The notes under the pieces were generated by a model. It was not told the origin of the DNA, did no database searches, and saw only the letters and a program-made list of their open reading frames with translations. 45,819 nt of DNA, from positions 1 to 45,819 of the forward strand of contig JAFZIX010000275.1 in assembly GCA_017554135.1 (NCBI GenBank), read 5' to 3'. Below are positions 17,401 to 27,617 of the stretch, piece by piece. Every line of letters starts with the position of its first letter. Positions within the stretch are counted from its first letter, which is position 1. The translations under genes were made by a program, and so were the position numbers. The stretch comes from Bacteroidales bacterium. Its GTDB lineage: Bacteria > Bacteroidota > Bacteroidia > Bacteroidales > UBA932.

Positions 17401-17782
17401 TGCCTCGTTCGTTCCCAAAGGCTTCATGGATGACGTATGGTCGGAGGAAAATCCGGATGCCTACTTCCCGCGTCCAAGAGGATACGCGGCCCTCAATGCC
17501 ACTGGTGGTTCCCTCTACTATACCAACTCCCGCTATCTGCAGAACCTGGCGTACTTGCGGTTGAAGAACCTTTCGGTCGGCTATACACTCCCTGCAAAGA
17601 GCCTGTCGAGGACCGGCATTTCAAACGCGAGAATCTGCCTGAGCGGCGAGAATCTACTTACCTGGAGTGCTGTGCACGGCAACTACATAGACCCCGAACA
17701 GATTTCGGCCGATGGCGACCGCAACGGCAACACCTATCCTTGGTACAGGGTGTTCTCGCTCGGCATAACACTTACTTTCTGA
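14435..17782 (+). CDS. SusC/RagA TonB-dependent transducer with N-terminal STN signalling domain
   Basis: STN 'LLYNIEEETGLAFFYSN'; 'VVVGYGVQQKANVTGAVS', 'DIESISILKDASSSAIYG', 'RLDGSSRF', 'YLRLKNLSVGY', C-terminal F. Confidence 0.95.
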   Translation: MLRKTVILSFFLLLAGAFWTGLSAQKLSLDLDNVSIRELLYNIEEETGLAFFYSNNEIDVEAKVSVHVKGVQLEEVLRSVLPGIRCIILEERIILVPERKRAEFPPPSDDSPDVPDKADSLRLRPLLPMVNWLKESVVVGYGVQQKANVTGAVSVLASKELKDRPVSGVGQVMQGMVGNLNILQESGQPGAISLYNIRGKTSLNGGDPLILVDGVETDPMSVNPSDIESISILKDASSSAIYGIRGAFGVILITTRGGEKDMAPKVVFNARYSLSANTVSTDYETRGYDAAKIADTFMLTSVSGIPYTRYTDYDYQRLYERRGDKYEVAERPWVVKETRDGIPSYTYLGNYDWYHYLYDESRPTQDYNIDITGGSRRISYKLSGRYYDQRGIQRHGPDRFRSYTLSSRVQMQLRSWLALGYSVRFYQSDYSYLGLESQYINFYRPTIHALPSFVPENPDGTTVSHTVLTNSSAHYIMSGYNSMIRSGNTGGSNSDEQSYNTLDLTADILPGLVFKTSWTYHSSTVQKLFRSAPASYSMYPGETAYEPENAYEDYLSERDNRLRRNSVDAFLTYEGHFRKGHHLTAVAGVNYEDWRRTALTVQRKDLLSETMSDFNLATGELKRLNGGVREYSLMGVFYRLSYDWKGRYLVETNGRLDGSSRFPEGKKWGLFPSVSLGWQLSGEPFWAPLLPVISQAKLRASVGSLGNQSINEYAYWQTIRTGGTMNYSFDGETRSRYAEADDPVSTGTWETIQTRNLGADLGFFGGRLRLTGDFYIRDALGILTSGPLLPSFYGASEPMVNAHDIRTRGCEFSIEWNNSAQLLGKPFSYGAIATLSDYISTYTRCDNPSGLLSEPYPGRRLGEIWGYRVDGLFADDAEAAAYAAEVDMSQVSPGYYYSFNEASRGVRGGDMKYVDLKKDGVIDAGKNTLDDHGDLEVIGNSLPRWSYGFRFHAAWNGWDAQAFFQGIGHMDWYPGHENIRFWGPYCRPYASFVPKGFMDDVWSEENPDAYFPRPRGYAALNATGGSLYYTNSRYLQNLAYLRLKNLSVGYTLPAKSLSRTGISNARICLSGENLLTWSAVHGNYIDPEQISADGDRNGNTYPWYRVFSLGITLTF

Positions 17783-17786
17783 CGGC

Positions 17787-19514
17787 ATGGCAAGACGACT
17801 TCTCATAATCGCAAGCCTCCTGGCTCTCACCGCCTGCTCGGATTTCCTTACCAGGGAACCCGAAGATGCCCTGCCGGTCGGAGAGTTCTTTAAGGACGAG
17901 GAGCAGTGCCGGCTCTACACAAACCAGTTCTACCGCATGCTGCCGTCGGGCATGGACATCTTCAACGAAGGGGCCGACATCATCATCAAGAGCACTCTCG
18001 CCCCCGAGGTCCGCGGTTCCCGTTTCGTATCGTCAAAAGACAGTCACTGGACATGGGGCGACCTGCGCGACATCAATTTCTTCCTCGAGCACGCCGACCA
18101 GTGCAGCGACACTTCTGCTCGCAGGGAATACGTTGGACTCGCGAAGTTCTTCCGGGCGTGGTTCTACTACGACAAAGTGCGGCGATTCGGCGACGTGCCG
18201 TGGTTCGAGCATACTCTCGGAATGAACGACGCCAACCTGTACAAAGGAAGGGATTCCAGGGTCCTCATCATGCAGCACGTACTGTCCGATATCGACGAGG
18301 CCGCATCTGTCCTTCCCGACAGGCACGAAGACTACAGGGTGACCCGCTGGACAGCGCTTGCGTTGAAAAGCCGCATCTTCCTTTTCGAAGGCTCTTTCCG
18401 CAAGTACCACGGCATTCCCGGGTGGGAAGACTGTCTGGCGGAGTGTGTGAATGCCAGCAGGGAACTTATGGAAAACGGCGGTTATTTCCTGTACACCGCG
18501 GGAGACACTCCCTACGGCGACCTTTTCCGGAGTTCGAAGACCATCAACCAGGAAGTGATACTCTCCCAGGCTTACGGCCTTTCAATGTGTATCACCCACA
18601 ACGTGAACGACTATTTTACATCCACTACAATGGGGCGTTCCGGGGTATTGAAAGATATTGTGGACAGCTACCTCAATGCAGACGGAAGCCGCTTTACCGA
18701 TATCCCCGGTTTTGGCACGATGAGCTTCATACAGGAATGCCAGAACAGAGACCCGCGCCTTTCTCAGACCATACGCACTCCGGGGTATACACGCGTGGGC
18801 AGCAAGGTTTGGGTTGCTCCAGATATGAACGCCACCCTCACCGGATACCAGATCGTGAAGTATGTGGGAGAGCCGAAGTACGATATCTCCAACACATCCG
18901 AAAATGACCTTCCTCTTTTCCGTATAGCAGAAACTTATCTGAACTATGCGGAGGCGAAGGCGGAGCTTGGAACCATCACCCAGGACGACCTCGATGCTAC
19001 GGTTTGCCTGCTTCGCGCCCGTGCCGGAATGCCACCGCTGATTCTTGCTGCGGCCGATTCCGATCCGGACCCGTTCCTTTCCAATCCCATTACCGGATAC
19101 AAGAACGTTACCGGAGCCCACAAAGGCGTGATACTGGAGATACGCAGGGAAAGGACCATCGAGCTCATCTGTGAGGGCTTCCGCTACTGGGATATTATGC
19201 GATGGAAAGAAGGTAAACGCTTCGACCGCCCGTTCAGGGGAATGTATTTCCCCGGCCCCGGCTCCTACGACCTCGACGGTAGTGGCACCGACGACTTCTG
19301 TATCTATTCTGGAGAAGCCCCGGCCGTTGAAAGCGGAATGGCTTATTCCAACATAGACGACCTTTCGCTTACCGAGGGGACGAGCGGAAATATCGTGCGT
19401 TTCTCAAACGTCCCGCGCAACTGGAGGGAAGACAGGGATTATCTCTTCCCCATACCCACTGACGACATTGTTCTGACCGGCGGTGCCGTAGTTCAAAACC
19501 CCAATTGGGAATGA
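17787..19514 (+). CDS. SusD/RagB nutrient-binding lipoprotein
   Basis: Lipobox 'ALTAC'; 'FFRAWFYYDKVRRFGDVPW', 'FRIAETYLNYAEA', 'IRRERTIEL..EGFRYWD', 'PIP...QNPNW'. Confidence 0.95.
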   Translation: MARRLLIIASLLALTACSDFLTREPEDALPVGEFFKDEEQCRLYTNQFYRMLPSGMDIFNEGADIIIKSTLAPEVRGSRFVSSKDSHWTWGDLRDINFFLEHADQCSDTSARREYVGLAKFFRAWFYYDKVRRFGDVPWFEHTLGMNDANLYKGRDSRVLIMQHVLSDIDEAASVLPDRHEDYRVTRWTALALKSRIFLFEGSFRKYHGIPGWEDCLAECVNASRELMENGGYFLYTAGDTPYGDLFRSSKTINQEVILSQAYGLSMCITHNVNDYFTSTTMGRSGVLKDIVDSYLNADGSRFTDIPGFGTMSFIQECQNRDPRLSQTIRTPGYTRVGSKVWVAPDMNATLTGYQIVKYVGEPKYDISNTSENDLPLFRIAETYLNYAEAKAELGTITQDDLDATVCLLRARAGMPPLILAAADSDPDPFLSNPITGYKNVTGAHKGVILEIRRERTIELICEGFRYWDIMRWKEGKRFDRPFRGMYFPGPGSYDLDGSGTDDFCIYSGEAPAVESGMAYSNIDDLSLTEGTSGNIVRFSNVPRNWREDRDYLFPIPTDDIVLTGGAVVQNPNWE

Positions 19515-19515
19515 T

Positions 19516-21978
19516 ATGAAAAACAACAGATTATATGCGTTTCTTATCCTGGGGCTGCTCTTCGCTGCCTGCGAAGGGGAACCTTCGGATAACGGGAAAA
19601 ACAACAAAGAAGACATCAACGACAAGACAGAAGAATCCATCCGTCCCGGAGATCCGATAACGGTAGTGGACGGAAAAGTGCGTTTCTACCTGGCAGAAAG
19701 CGATAACTCTGTGCGCCAAGCCGCAGGAATCTCTACTTTCGACTGGTCTGCTTTCAGGGTGAGCATAAGCGGTGTGGATTATCCGATCCTGCTCACGGAA
19801 AACGGCGAACCGTACATCGAGGCAGACGCGGCCGCATCGTACAATGCCGTTCTTTACAGGGAGGAATCTGCGATGTACTACGGATTGTCGCGCTACGTGA
19901 ACGTGGTGATTCCTCCGATGTCCTTCTATCATTGTCTCACTAAGGACATTGACGCACTGCCCCTCTATGGCAGCTATTCCTCCGAGGACGGCAATGTGCT
20001 TAAGATGACCCCGCTCGTAGCGGCAGTAAAGCTGACCTTGAGCGGAGACGCAAAAATCTCTTCGATCAAGATAGACGCGGGAGTGCCAATCTCCGGTATT
20101 GGCAGCTACCAGGCGTCCAAGAAAACGCTTTCCATCACAAAGGCCCTTCCTTTCACGGTGCTTAACTGCACCAACAGGGGGACCGGAGTAAGTCTTTCTT
20201 CCGGCGGGCAGTTTGTCCTTCTCCTCGCCCCCGGCGAATACCCGGACGGTCTCAAGCTGAACATATGCGACATGTCCCATAAGAAAATCACTCTCGACCT
20301 CAACGTCACCAGCCTCAAGGCAGGCGAAGTATATGAGGCGAAGGCCAACTGGTCTCCAAGCAAAAACCTTCTTTTCTACGAGGGCTTTGACAATTTCGCG
20401 TGGGGAGGAGACTACGTTGGCGGATCCTCTACCTTCGGATTCTCTCCGGATGGAGTTGAGACTTCTTCGAGTTACGGCTCCTCCCTGACCGGTTATGAGC
20501 ACGCATTCAAGAATGCCGAATATACCTGGGCAGGCAGCGGATATATTCAGGGCGGCTCCCTGTCCCAGGCTTCCGGAAAGACAGTTGAGGGTTATCATTC
20601 AATGAGCGGATCGTATGTCCGAAGCCGTAACCTTGGCGACTATCTTCTGTTGCATCACTGTCAGGAATACCAGGGTTACCTTGGAGTTGGAACCGCTGAC
20701 GCCACGAGGGGCATCTTCCAGGCCCCGGACCTTGGAATCAGCGAACTCTGCGATCTGGAGATTTCTTTCGACTATTGTCCGCGTGTCGGTTTCAAAGACC
20801 AGGTCTGTCTGGAGACATACAACAGCGGAATCGTTTCAAGCGTCACCGTTGACGGGGAGCAGGCCGTGCTTGACAACAAACTCTGCCGGTACGAAGGATG
20901 CGGAGGAAGATGGGCCATCTCCGCGGCCAGCGTTCCCGTTCCCACCAGCACTCCCGCCGCAAAGCAGTGGCGCCATGTCGTGATGTATGTGGAGAATGTC
21001 AACAACGCAACTCAGATCCGTCTCACCACGGCTCTTGAGGAAGGCGGCTACCATGGCTTCTATCTCGACAATGTCAGCATCTCTATAGCCAAATACCGCC
21101 GCACGCCGGTGAACGGAATCCGCATACTCTACTGGAACATCCAGTGCGGAATGTGGTCCGACCAGACAAACAACTACAACAATTTCGTGGCCTGGCTGAA
21201 TAAATACAAACCCGATGTCTGCGTGTTCTGCGAAGCCCGTTCCCTTTATGACGAAAAAGGCGAGTGGCTCAAAACCAGCGCCCGTACTCTCGAAAAAGGA
21301 TGGCCAGCCCTTGCAAAGCGCTATGGTCATAACTACACTATGTCTTGTCAGAAAGACAACTATCCCGAGATGATAACCTCCAAGTATCCGATAACCAAAC
21401 TGAAGGAGCTGGAAACATCGGAAGTGGCTCACGGAGCGGCAGTGGTTCAGATTTCCATCGGCGGCAAGGATCTTCATTTCCTGTCCACGCATCTGTGGCC
21501 GGCAGATTACGCCAGGGGTATAGCGGAAGCCGACCGCCCGGCGTCTCAGGCCGCCCGAGAGGGAGATATTGAGCGCGAGAACGAGATGAAAAATATAGTG
21601 AACAACCTGCTTTCGGACTACAGCGGAGTGGACTACCTCTTTATGATGGGAGACTTCAACTGCCCCAGTTCCGTGGACGAGTGGTATTATAACAAAGGCG
21701 CCTCTCACACGGACTATCTCGCCCAGAATTACCTAAGGAACAACTCCAACCTGATAGACGTAATCGGCGAGTACTGGCCGGGCAACTGGCTGAGTTCCGT
21801 AAATAAGGATTTCGAGAGAATGGATATGTTTTATGCCACGCCGAAGGCATACGAGGGCGTGCAGAACGCAATGATAATTGTTGACGACTGGACCCTGCTG
21901 TATCAGGACAATACCGTCAGCGGCTACTTCTGCCGTCCCTCCGACCACAGGCCTGTTTTGGTTGATGTAAAGTACTAA
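19516..21978 (+). CDS. Lipoprotein: fimbrillin-like N-terminus, putative jelly-roll domain, C-terminal endonuclease/exonuclease/phosphatase (EEP) domain
   Basis: Lipobox 'LFAAC'; EEP motifs 'ILYWNIQ', 'PDVCVFCEA', 'STHL', 'MGDFN', 'RMDMFY', 'PSDHRPV'. Confidence 0.85.
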   Translation: MKNNRLYAFLILGLLFAACEGEPSDNGKNNKEDINDKTEESIRPGDPITVVDGKVRFYLAESDNSVRQAAGISTFDWSAFRVSISGVDYPILLTENGEPYIEADAAASYNAVLYREESAMYYGLSRYVNVVIPPMSFYHCLTKDIDALPLYGSYSSEDGNVLKMTPLVAAVKLTLSGDAKISSIKIDAGVPISGIGSYQASKKTLSITKALPFTVLNCTNRGTGVSLSSGGQFVLLLAPGEYPDGLKLNICDMSHKKITLDLNVTSLKAGEVYEAKANWSPSKNLLFYEGFDNFAWGGDYVGGSSTFGFSPDGVETSSSYGSSLTGYEHAFKNAEYTWAGSGYIQGGSLSQASGKTVEGYHSMSGSYVRSRNLGDYLLLHHCQEYQGYLGVGTADATRGIFQAPDLGISELCDLEISFDYCPRVGFKDQVCLETYNSGIVSSVTVDGEQAVLDNKLCRYEGCGGRWAISAASVPVPTSTPAAKQWRHVVMYVENVNNATQIRLTTALEEGGYHGFYLDNVSISIAKYRRTPVNGIRILYWNIQCGMWSDQTNNYNNFVAWLNKYKPDVCVFCEARSLYDEKGEWLKTSARTLEKGWPALAKRYGHNYTMSCQKDNYPEMITSKYPITKLKELETSEVAHGAAVVQISIGGKDLHFLSTHLWPADYARGIAEADRPASQAAREGDIERENEMKNIVNNLLSDYSGVDYLFMMGDFNCPSSVDEWYYNKGASHTDYLAQNYLRNNSNLIDVIGEYWPGNWLSSVNKDFERMDMFYATPKAYEGVQNAMIIVDDWTLLYQDNTVSGYFCRPSDHRPVLVDVKY

Positions 21979-21989
21979 CAATCAATAAA

Positions 21990-23054
21990 ATGTATTTAAA
22001 GAAACTGCTTATTGCAATCGGCATCGCTGCTGTCGTGCTTTCCTGTTCCAAGGAGCAGACCGGCCAGACGCGTGAAGACAAGCTGAGTTTTCACGCCCAG
22101 GCGGACTGTTCCGATGAACCGATGAAGGAAGCGGCTGTCAGTGTTCTTGCAGGAACCAGGACGCTCTATCTCAAGAGTTCCTTCGACAAGGAGATAGACC
22201 TGTTTTGGCAGGATGCCGCAACGTATCCGTGGGCGAAGATCGAGGAATTCGAACCCACAGGGACAAAGGGAGTGTACAGAATTACGCTCAGTTATCCCGA
22301 CCGTTATCCTGGAGTCTGGTATGCCAGAAGGGTCGGCACCCTGTCAGCGGTGGTGCCAGGTGAAGATTTCGGAGTATTCCTTCCCGTCAGGCAGGGCGCG
22401 ACCGACCGTGTCGTCGAAGATTTCTCCGCCTGGACCTACGGCAGCGCCGATCCGTGGTCGGACATCTCCGATACGCCGCTGGACAATTGGACCACTGCCC
22501 TCAAGGACAGGGGATTCTCATCTGAACCCGTAGGCTCGGACACCCTTGGCCGCTGTTACGGCCGTGTAGGCTACATCCGTCTCGGCGATAAGGAGGCCCA
22601 CCGTGGCAGCGTGCTCACCCCGAGGAACGACAGCTTCCGTTTTGACACTCTCCTTATGGTTTCGTTCCGTGCCGCCGCCTTCAAAGAAAAGGTCGGTTCA
22701 AAGGACGACAACCACTTCCGCGTCGAAGTCACCGGGGGAGGATTCATCAGGGATTATGCTGAGACGGAACAGACGTGGATAGACCTTGAGGCGCCATACA
22801 TCCAGAACAAGGAGGATTTCTTCGGATCAGACAGCTGGTTCCTTGTTTTCATTGCCGACAGCGACTCAAACCAGATGACCGCCACCACGCGAATCAAGAT
22901 CACCTCCGGCACCGACACTTCCGAGGGATGCTCCCGACTCTTCCTGGACGACATCAGCATAACCAGGCTCGTTCCCGATGTGGACGAGGACTTCTATACT
23001 GAGAACGAAGGCAGCGGGAAAGATAAAATCATGACCACCATCAATACGGAATAA
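21990..23054 (+). CDS. PUL-associated surface lipoprotein (BACON-like + beta-sandwich)
   Basis: Lipobox 'VLSC'; BACON-like 'PWA...R.GTL...VRQ'; ends 'LFLDDISIT'. Confidence 0.7.
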   Translation: MYLKKLLIAIGIAAVVLSCSKEQTGQTREDKLSFHAQADCSDEPMKEAAVSVLAGTRTLYLKSSFDKEIDLFWQDAATYPWAKIEEFEPTGTKGVYRITLSYPDRYPGVWYARRVGTLSAVVPGEDFGVFLPVRQGATDRVVEDFSAWTYGSADPWSDISDTPLDNWTTALKDRGFSSEPVGSDTLGRCYGRVGYIRLGDKEAHRGSVLTPRNDSFRFDTLLMVSFRAAAFKEKVGSKDDNHFRVEVTGGGFIRDYAETEQTWIDLEAPYIQNKEDFFGSDSWFLVFIADSDSNQMTATTRIKITSGTDTSEGCSRLFLDDISITRLVPDVDEDFYTENEGSGKDKIMTTINTE

Positions 23055-23058
23055 GCCT

Positions 23059-26000
23059 ATGAACGGAATTATTAAAAAGACAATTCTGGCAGTGCTGGCG
23101 CTGATAATCGGCACTGCCGCATGGGCGCAGACCATCACCGTCACCGGTGTGGTGAACGACGCTTCCGGAGAGCCTCTCCCCGGGGCGGCCGTAATGGTGA
23201 AAGGCACCAGGAACGGTGTCACCACCGACCTGGACGGCAGATATTCCATCAAAGCCGCGGCCGACGCGACCCTTTCTGTGGAGTGTCTTGGATACGAGAG
23301 TGTTTCTGAAAAGGTGGACGGCCGCAGGACCATCGACTTTTCCCTGCGTGAAGAAGCCAATATGATAGAGGCTCTGGTCGTCATCGGTTACGGTACGTCC
23401 AAGAAAACCGACCTCACCGGTTCGGTAGCTTCCGTCAAGATGACCGATATCAAGGATGCTCCGGTGCTTTCTGTGGACAACGCCCTTCAGGGCCGTATCG
23501 CCGGTGCGGACTTCATGTCCACCGACGGAGCTCCCGGCTCCACCACCACCATCCGTATCCGCGGAACACGTTCCATCACTGCTTCCAACGAGCCGCTCAT
23601 CATCGTGGACGGAATCACCGATGCCATCCACGACCTGAACGATATCAACCCGGACGATATCGCTTCCATCTCTGTCCTGAAGGACGCCTCCTCCACCGCA
23701 ATATACGGTTCCAGGGGCGCGAACGGCGTTATCATCGTCACCACCAAGGCGGGTATGGGAAGCGACCATCCGCGCATCTCCTTCAAGGCCGACCTGGGTA
23801 TAGCGGAACTGCCGAGAAGCCTCGATATAATGAACGCATCCGAGTTCGCCCAGTACCGCAACGACTACGCCTATTTCGGCAAGGACGCCAGTCATTCCGC
23901 GGTTGGTGCCTCGACTCCTCTGAGCGGTACCGTCTATCCCGACCCGCTCAGCCTTGGCGAGGGAACCGACTGGATAAAGGAGATCACCCGCAGGGCGGTC
24001 AACCAGAACTACGGTCTTTCCGTTACCGGAGGCGACAAGAACCATTCCTACTTCACCTCCCTCTCTTACAACGACACGGAGGGTATCGTGGACGGAACGG
24101 GCCAGAGGCGTTTCACCGGCCGAATCAAAGTTGACCGTAACCTGTTCCCCTGGCTCAAGGTGGGATACAACGGCTCCTATACCTACCGTATCACCGACGA
24201 GAACACCACGTCCATCGGCGGTAAGGAATGGTGGGGAGCGGCCCAGTACCTCTCGCCGATGATCAAGGTGACCGATTCCGAGAACCCCCTGTATAACCTG
24301 GGCTCCAAGATCAACACCCCGCGCTCCAAGATAGACCTCATCGACTACCAGACCGAGCGTCATTCCAGCAACCACTCCTTCAATGCGGAACTGAATCCCA
24401 TAAAGGACCTGCACATCAAGAGCCTGTTCTCGTACTATAACTATTTCCGTTCAACATTCCGTTACGATCCCGGCAACCTGCCCAACCGTACGGTCAACCA
24501 GGGCGGCGACGCCCAGAGGGCGGAATACCACGAGAAATCAATGTCCACCGAAACCACGGCGATGTATCACGGCTCTTTCGGCAAACACACCCTCGTGCCG
24601 CTGGTAGGTTTCTCCACATATAATTTCGACACCCGCAACTTCTCCCTCTCGGGAAAGGGATATATGGACGACGAGGTGAAATGGAATAATATGAACGCCG
24701 TGCTCGACAAGCAGACCTATTCCGCGGGAACCTCCATGAGCGAACGCAAGAAGATGTCTTTCTTCGGCCGTCTCGACTGGAACTACGATTCCCGTTATTA
24801 CATCACTGCGACCATGCGTTACGACGGTGCGTCGAACTTCGCGTCCAACCACAAATGGGCGCCTTTCCCGTCGGCGGCAATCAGGTGGAATATCTCTAAC
24901 GAGCGCTTCATGAAGGCCCTGCCGTGGGTGAACAACCTATCCGTGAGGTTCTCCGCCGGCCGTACCGGAAACGATGCCATCAGCGCCTATTATTCCCTGG
25001 CCGCCCTGTCCTCCACCACCGGAGGATACATCTTCGACGGCACCCAGCCGGTATCGTTCTATCAGAGCAGACTCAATCAGCCGGAACTCACCTGGGAAAA
25101 GACAGATTCCTATAACCTGGCAATCGAAGGCTCCTTCCTGAAAGACAGGATCATCTTCACGGCAGAGGCATACAAGTCATACACTTCCGACCTTCTGCTC
25201 CAGGTTCAGGTGGCCCAGCAGACGGGCTTCCACAACCATATGATGAACCTCGGCAAGGTTTCCAACCAGGGCGTCGAGTTTACCCTTGACACTCGTAACA
25301 TTGAAACCAAGAAGTTCCAGTGGACTACCACCTTCACGATTTCTCACAACGATCAGATGGTGCTCGACATCGGCTCCGAAGATTTCGTCTCCGCCCTGGA
25401 TTCTCCGGGAAACAATCCGTACCGCATGTACGGCTATGTCGCAGGCTATCCCCTCAACTCCCTCTGGGGATTCAAGTACGCCGGCGTATGGAAGAACGAC
25501 GAAGAGCGTGCCCGCAACGAGGTGACCAATTCCTATGTGAGCCTCACCTCCAAGTGGGAAGACGGAACGCCGCGCTACTATGATATCAACCACGACGGGG
25601 TACTCAACCAGCTCGACCTTATCTATCAGGGCAATGCCGATCCGTTCATCTACGGCGGTCTCCAGAACTCCTTCTACTGGAACAACTGGAAGCTGGGTGT
25701 TTACCTCTCGTATTCGCTGGGAGGAAAGATTTACAACTACGGCGAATTCTATATGTCGGGTGGTATGTACACCAACCAGTACCGGTATATGCTCAATTCC
25801 TGGCATCCCGAGAGGAATCCGGAAAGCAATATCCCCCGTGCCGGCTACACCGACGTCGCCATTCCTTCCGACTTCCTTATCCACGACGCTTCCTACCTGA
25901 GGATCAAGACCGTCAGCCTCGGCTACACCCTCAATCTCCAGAAGCGTTATCTCAGGGATATTACCTTCACGCTTTCCGGAGACAACCTGTATCTCTGGAA

Positions 26001-26124
26001 GAACTACAACGGCTTCGATCCGGACGTGAGTTCGGAGGGATCATCCTCTACCTTGCGTCGTGCGGATATCGGGGCATACCCGAAAGCCCGTACCATCACA
26101 TTCTCGGTTCAAGTCAGATACTAA
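23059..26124 (+). CDS. Second SusC/RagA TonB-dependent transporter (no STN domain)
   Basis: 'VTGVVNDASGEPLPGAAVMVKGT.NG..TDLDG', 'VVIGYGT..K.DLTGSV', 'LKDASSTAIYGSRGANGVI', 'RYDGAS.F', 'YPKART'. Confidence 0.96.
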   Translation: MNGIIKKTILAVLALIIGTAAWAQTITVTGVVNDASGEPLPGAAVMVKGTRNGVTTDLDGRYSIKAAADATLSVECLGYESVSEKVDGRRTIDFSLREEANMIEALVVIGYGTSKKTDLTGSVASVKMTDIKDAPVLSVDNALQGRIAGADFMSTDGAPGSTTTIRIRGTRSITASNEPLIIVDGITDAIHDLNDINPDDIASISVLKDASSTAIYGSRGANGVIIVTTKAGMGSDHPRISFKADLGIAELPRSLDIMNASEFAQYRNDYAYFGKDASHSAVGASTPLSGTVYPDPLSLGEGTDWIKEITRRAVNQNYGLSVTGGDKNHSYFTSLSYNDTEGIVDGTGQRRFTGRIKVDRNLFPWLKVGYNGSYTYRITDENTTSIGGKEWWGAAQYLSPMIKVTDSENPLYNLGSKINTPRSKIDLIDYQTERHSSNHSFNAELNPIKDLHIKSLFSYYNYFRSTFRYDPGNLPNRTVNQGGDAQRAEYHEKSMSTETTAMYHGSFGKHTLVPLVGFSTYNFDTRNFSLSGKGYMDDEVKWNNMNAVLDKQTYSAGTSMSERKKMSFFGRLDWNYDSRYYITATMRYDGASNFASNHKWAPFPSAAIRWNISNERFMKALPWVNNLSVRFSAGRTGNDAISAYYSLAALSSTTGGYIFDGTQPVSFYQSRLNQPELTWEKTDSYNLAIEGSFLKDRIIFTAEAYKSYTSDLLLQVQVAQQTGFHNHMMNLGKVSNQGVEFTLDTRNIETKKFQWTTTFTISHNDQMVLDIGSEDFVSALDSPGNNPYRMYGYVAGYPLNSLWGFKYAGVWKNDEERARNEVTNSYVSLTSKWEDGTPRYYDINHDGVLNQLDLIYQGNADPFIYGGLQNSFYWNNWKLGVYLSYSLGGKIYNYGEFYMSGGMYTNQYRYMLNSWHPERNPESNIPRAGYTDVAIPSDFLIHDASYLRIKTVSLGYTLNLQKRYLRDITFTLSGDNLYLWKNYNGFDPDVSSEGSSSTLRRADIGAYPKARTITFSVQVRY

Positions 26125-26129
26125 TAGCC

Positions 26130-27617
26130 ATGAAAAAATTATATAAGATTCTGATACTGGCCCTGGCTGTAACGTCCTGTTCCCTCGACGAGAACACCGA
26201 CGCCCTTTCCACCCCGGACAACTTCTTCCGAAAGTATTCCGAATGCCAGAGCGTGGTGAACGGCTGTTACACGCCCATAAAGAGCATCTACACCGCACCC
26301 TTCTTCATGGCCACAGAGTGCGCGTCCGACATCATGTGGATAGCCTCCGGCACCCTGGACGCCCAGCTCGACATATCCCCGGTAAAGCCGCGTTTCGGCG
26401 CCACCGTGTGGGACCAGTGTTACCAGGGCATACGCCGCTGCAATTTCGCAGTTTACGGAATAGAAAAGACCGATGCCGTCACTGAAGAACAGAGGATGTC
26501 TCTCCTCTGCGAAGCCAAGGCGCTGCGCGGCCTGTACTACTGGTTGCTCACGTCCTTCTTCGGGGATGTCCCGTTCTACCTGGAACCGATTCTCGACAAT
26601 GCCGCCCTCGAGCGGATCGCAGTCCTTCCCAGGATGTCGGCCGACACTACCAGGGCCGTTCTCGTGCGCGACCTGCAGCAGATAGCCCCGCTGGCCGCCC
26701 AGACACGTACGTCGGATAATGAAGGCGCCCGCCTGGGAGCATCCATGGCCTATATGCTCATAGCCGAGATGGCCGCATGGAACAAGGACTGGGACGCGGT
26801 CATCGAAGCGGTCGGCCATCTGGAAGACATCTACGGCGACCTCTCGAAATACGATCTCACCGAGAATACGCTCTGGCGCAACAAGAATACGCCGGAATCC
26901 ATATTCGAAGTTCAGCACACCTACGTCGAAGGCGGACTCAACTACACCTCCAACGTGGCCTGCGTAACCACTCCCAAGCGCAACAAGGACGATATCTACG
27001 ACGGAATTCATATTCCCGAACTCGGCAACGAGGCGACCACCTGGCAGAGCGCGCAGCCCTGTGTGTTCTTCAGCCAGGGCCTGCAGCCGAGAATGGGTAA
27101 AGACCTGCGCAAGGACATCAATTATGCCTGGGCTTACGAAGGCGAGATTTTCACCAGCCTGAAGAACGCGACCCGTCCGTGGATGGGACCCAAGTTCTGG
27201 TGCCCGGGAATGAAGGCCTCGGCCGACCACAACAACTACAAGGTGTTCCGCTATGCCGGTGCTCTGCTCCTCAAGGCTGAAGCCCTGTGCGAAACGGGCA
27301 GCAGCGCGGAAAGCGTGCGCTATCTGAATATGACACGTAACCGTGCGGGCCTTTCCGACTACGTCTTCCGTACCGACGTCCGTCTGCAGGAAGAGATACG
27401 TCTCGAGCGCGCCCGCGAACTCTTCGGCGAGTTCCAGCGCAAGTTCGACCTCGTTCGCTGGGACATCTGGTACAGGAGCGTGGTGGAATACAACGACTAC
27501 GGCACTCTGCTGAACAACGTCCTTCCTTGCCACCGCTATTATCCCATCCCCGATACCCAGGTGGTTTATTCCAAGTATAACCTTGACAATAATGAATATG
27601 CGCAATACGGTATGTAA
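26130..27617 (+). CDS. Second SusD/RagB lipoprotein
   Basis: Lipobox 'VTSC'; 'EAKALRGLYY..L...FGDVP', 'ESIFEVQ', 'FRYAGALLLKAEA', 'ERARELFGE..RKFDLVRW', 'YYPIP'. Confidence 0.94.
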   Translation: MKKLYKILILALAVTSCSLDENTDALSTPDNFFRKYSECQSVVNGCYTPIKSIYTAPFFMATECASDIMWIASGTLDAQLDISPVKPRFGATVWDQCYQGIRRCNFAVYGIEKTDAVTEEQRMSLLCEAKALRGLYYWLLTSFFGDVPFYLEPILDNAALERIAVLPRMSADTTRAVLVRDLQQIAPLAAQTRTSDNEGARLGASMAYMLIAEMAAWNKDWDAVIEAVGHLEDIYGDLSKYDLTENTLWRNKNTPESIFEVQHTYVEGGLNYTSNVACVTTPKRNKDDIYDGIHIPELGNEATTWQSAQPCVFFSQGLQPRMGKDLRKDINYAWAYEGEIFTSLKNATRPWMGPKFWCPGMKASADHNNYKVFRYAGALLLKAEALCETGSSAESVRYLNMTRNRAGLSDYVFRTDVRLQEEIRLERARELFGEFQRKFDLVRWDIWYRSVVEYNDYGTLLNNVLPCHRYYPIPDTQVVYSKYNLDNNEYAQYGM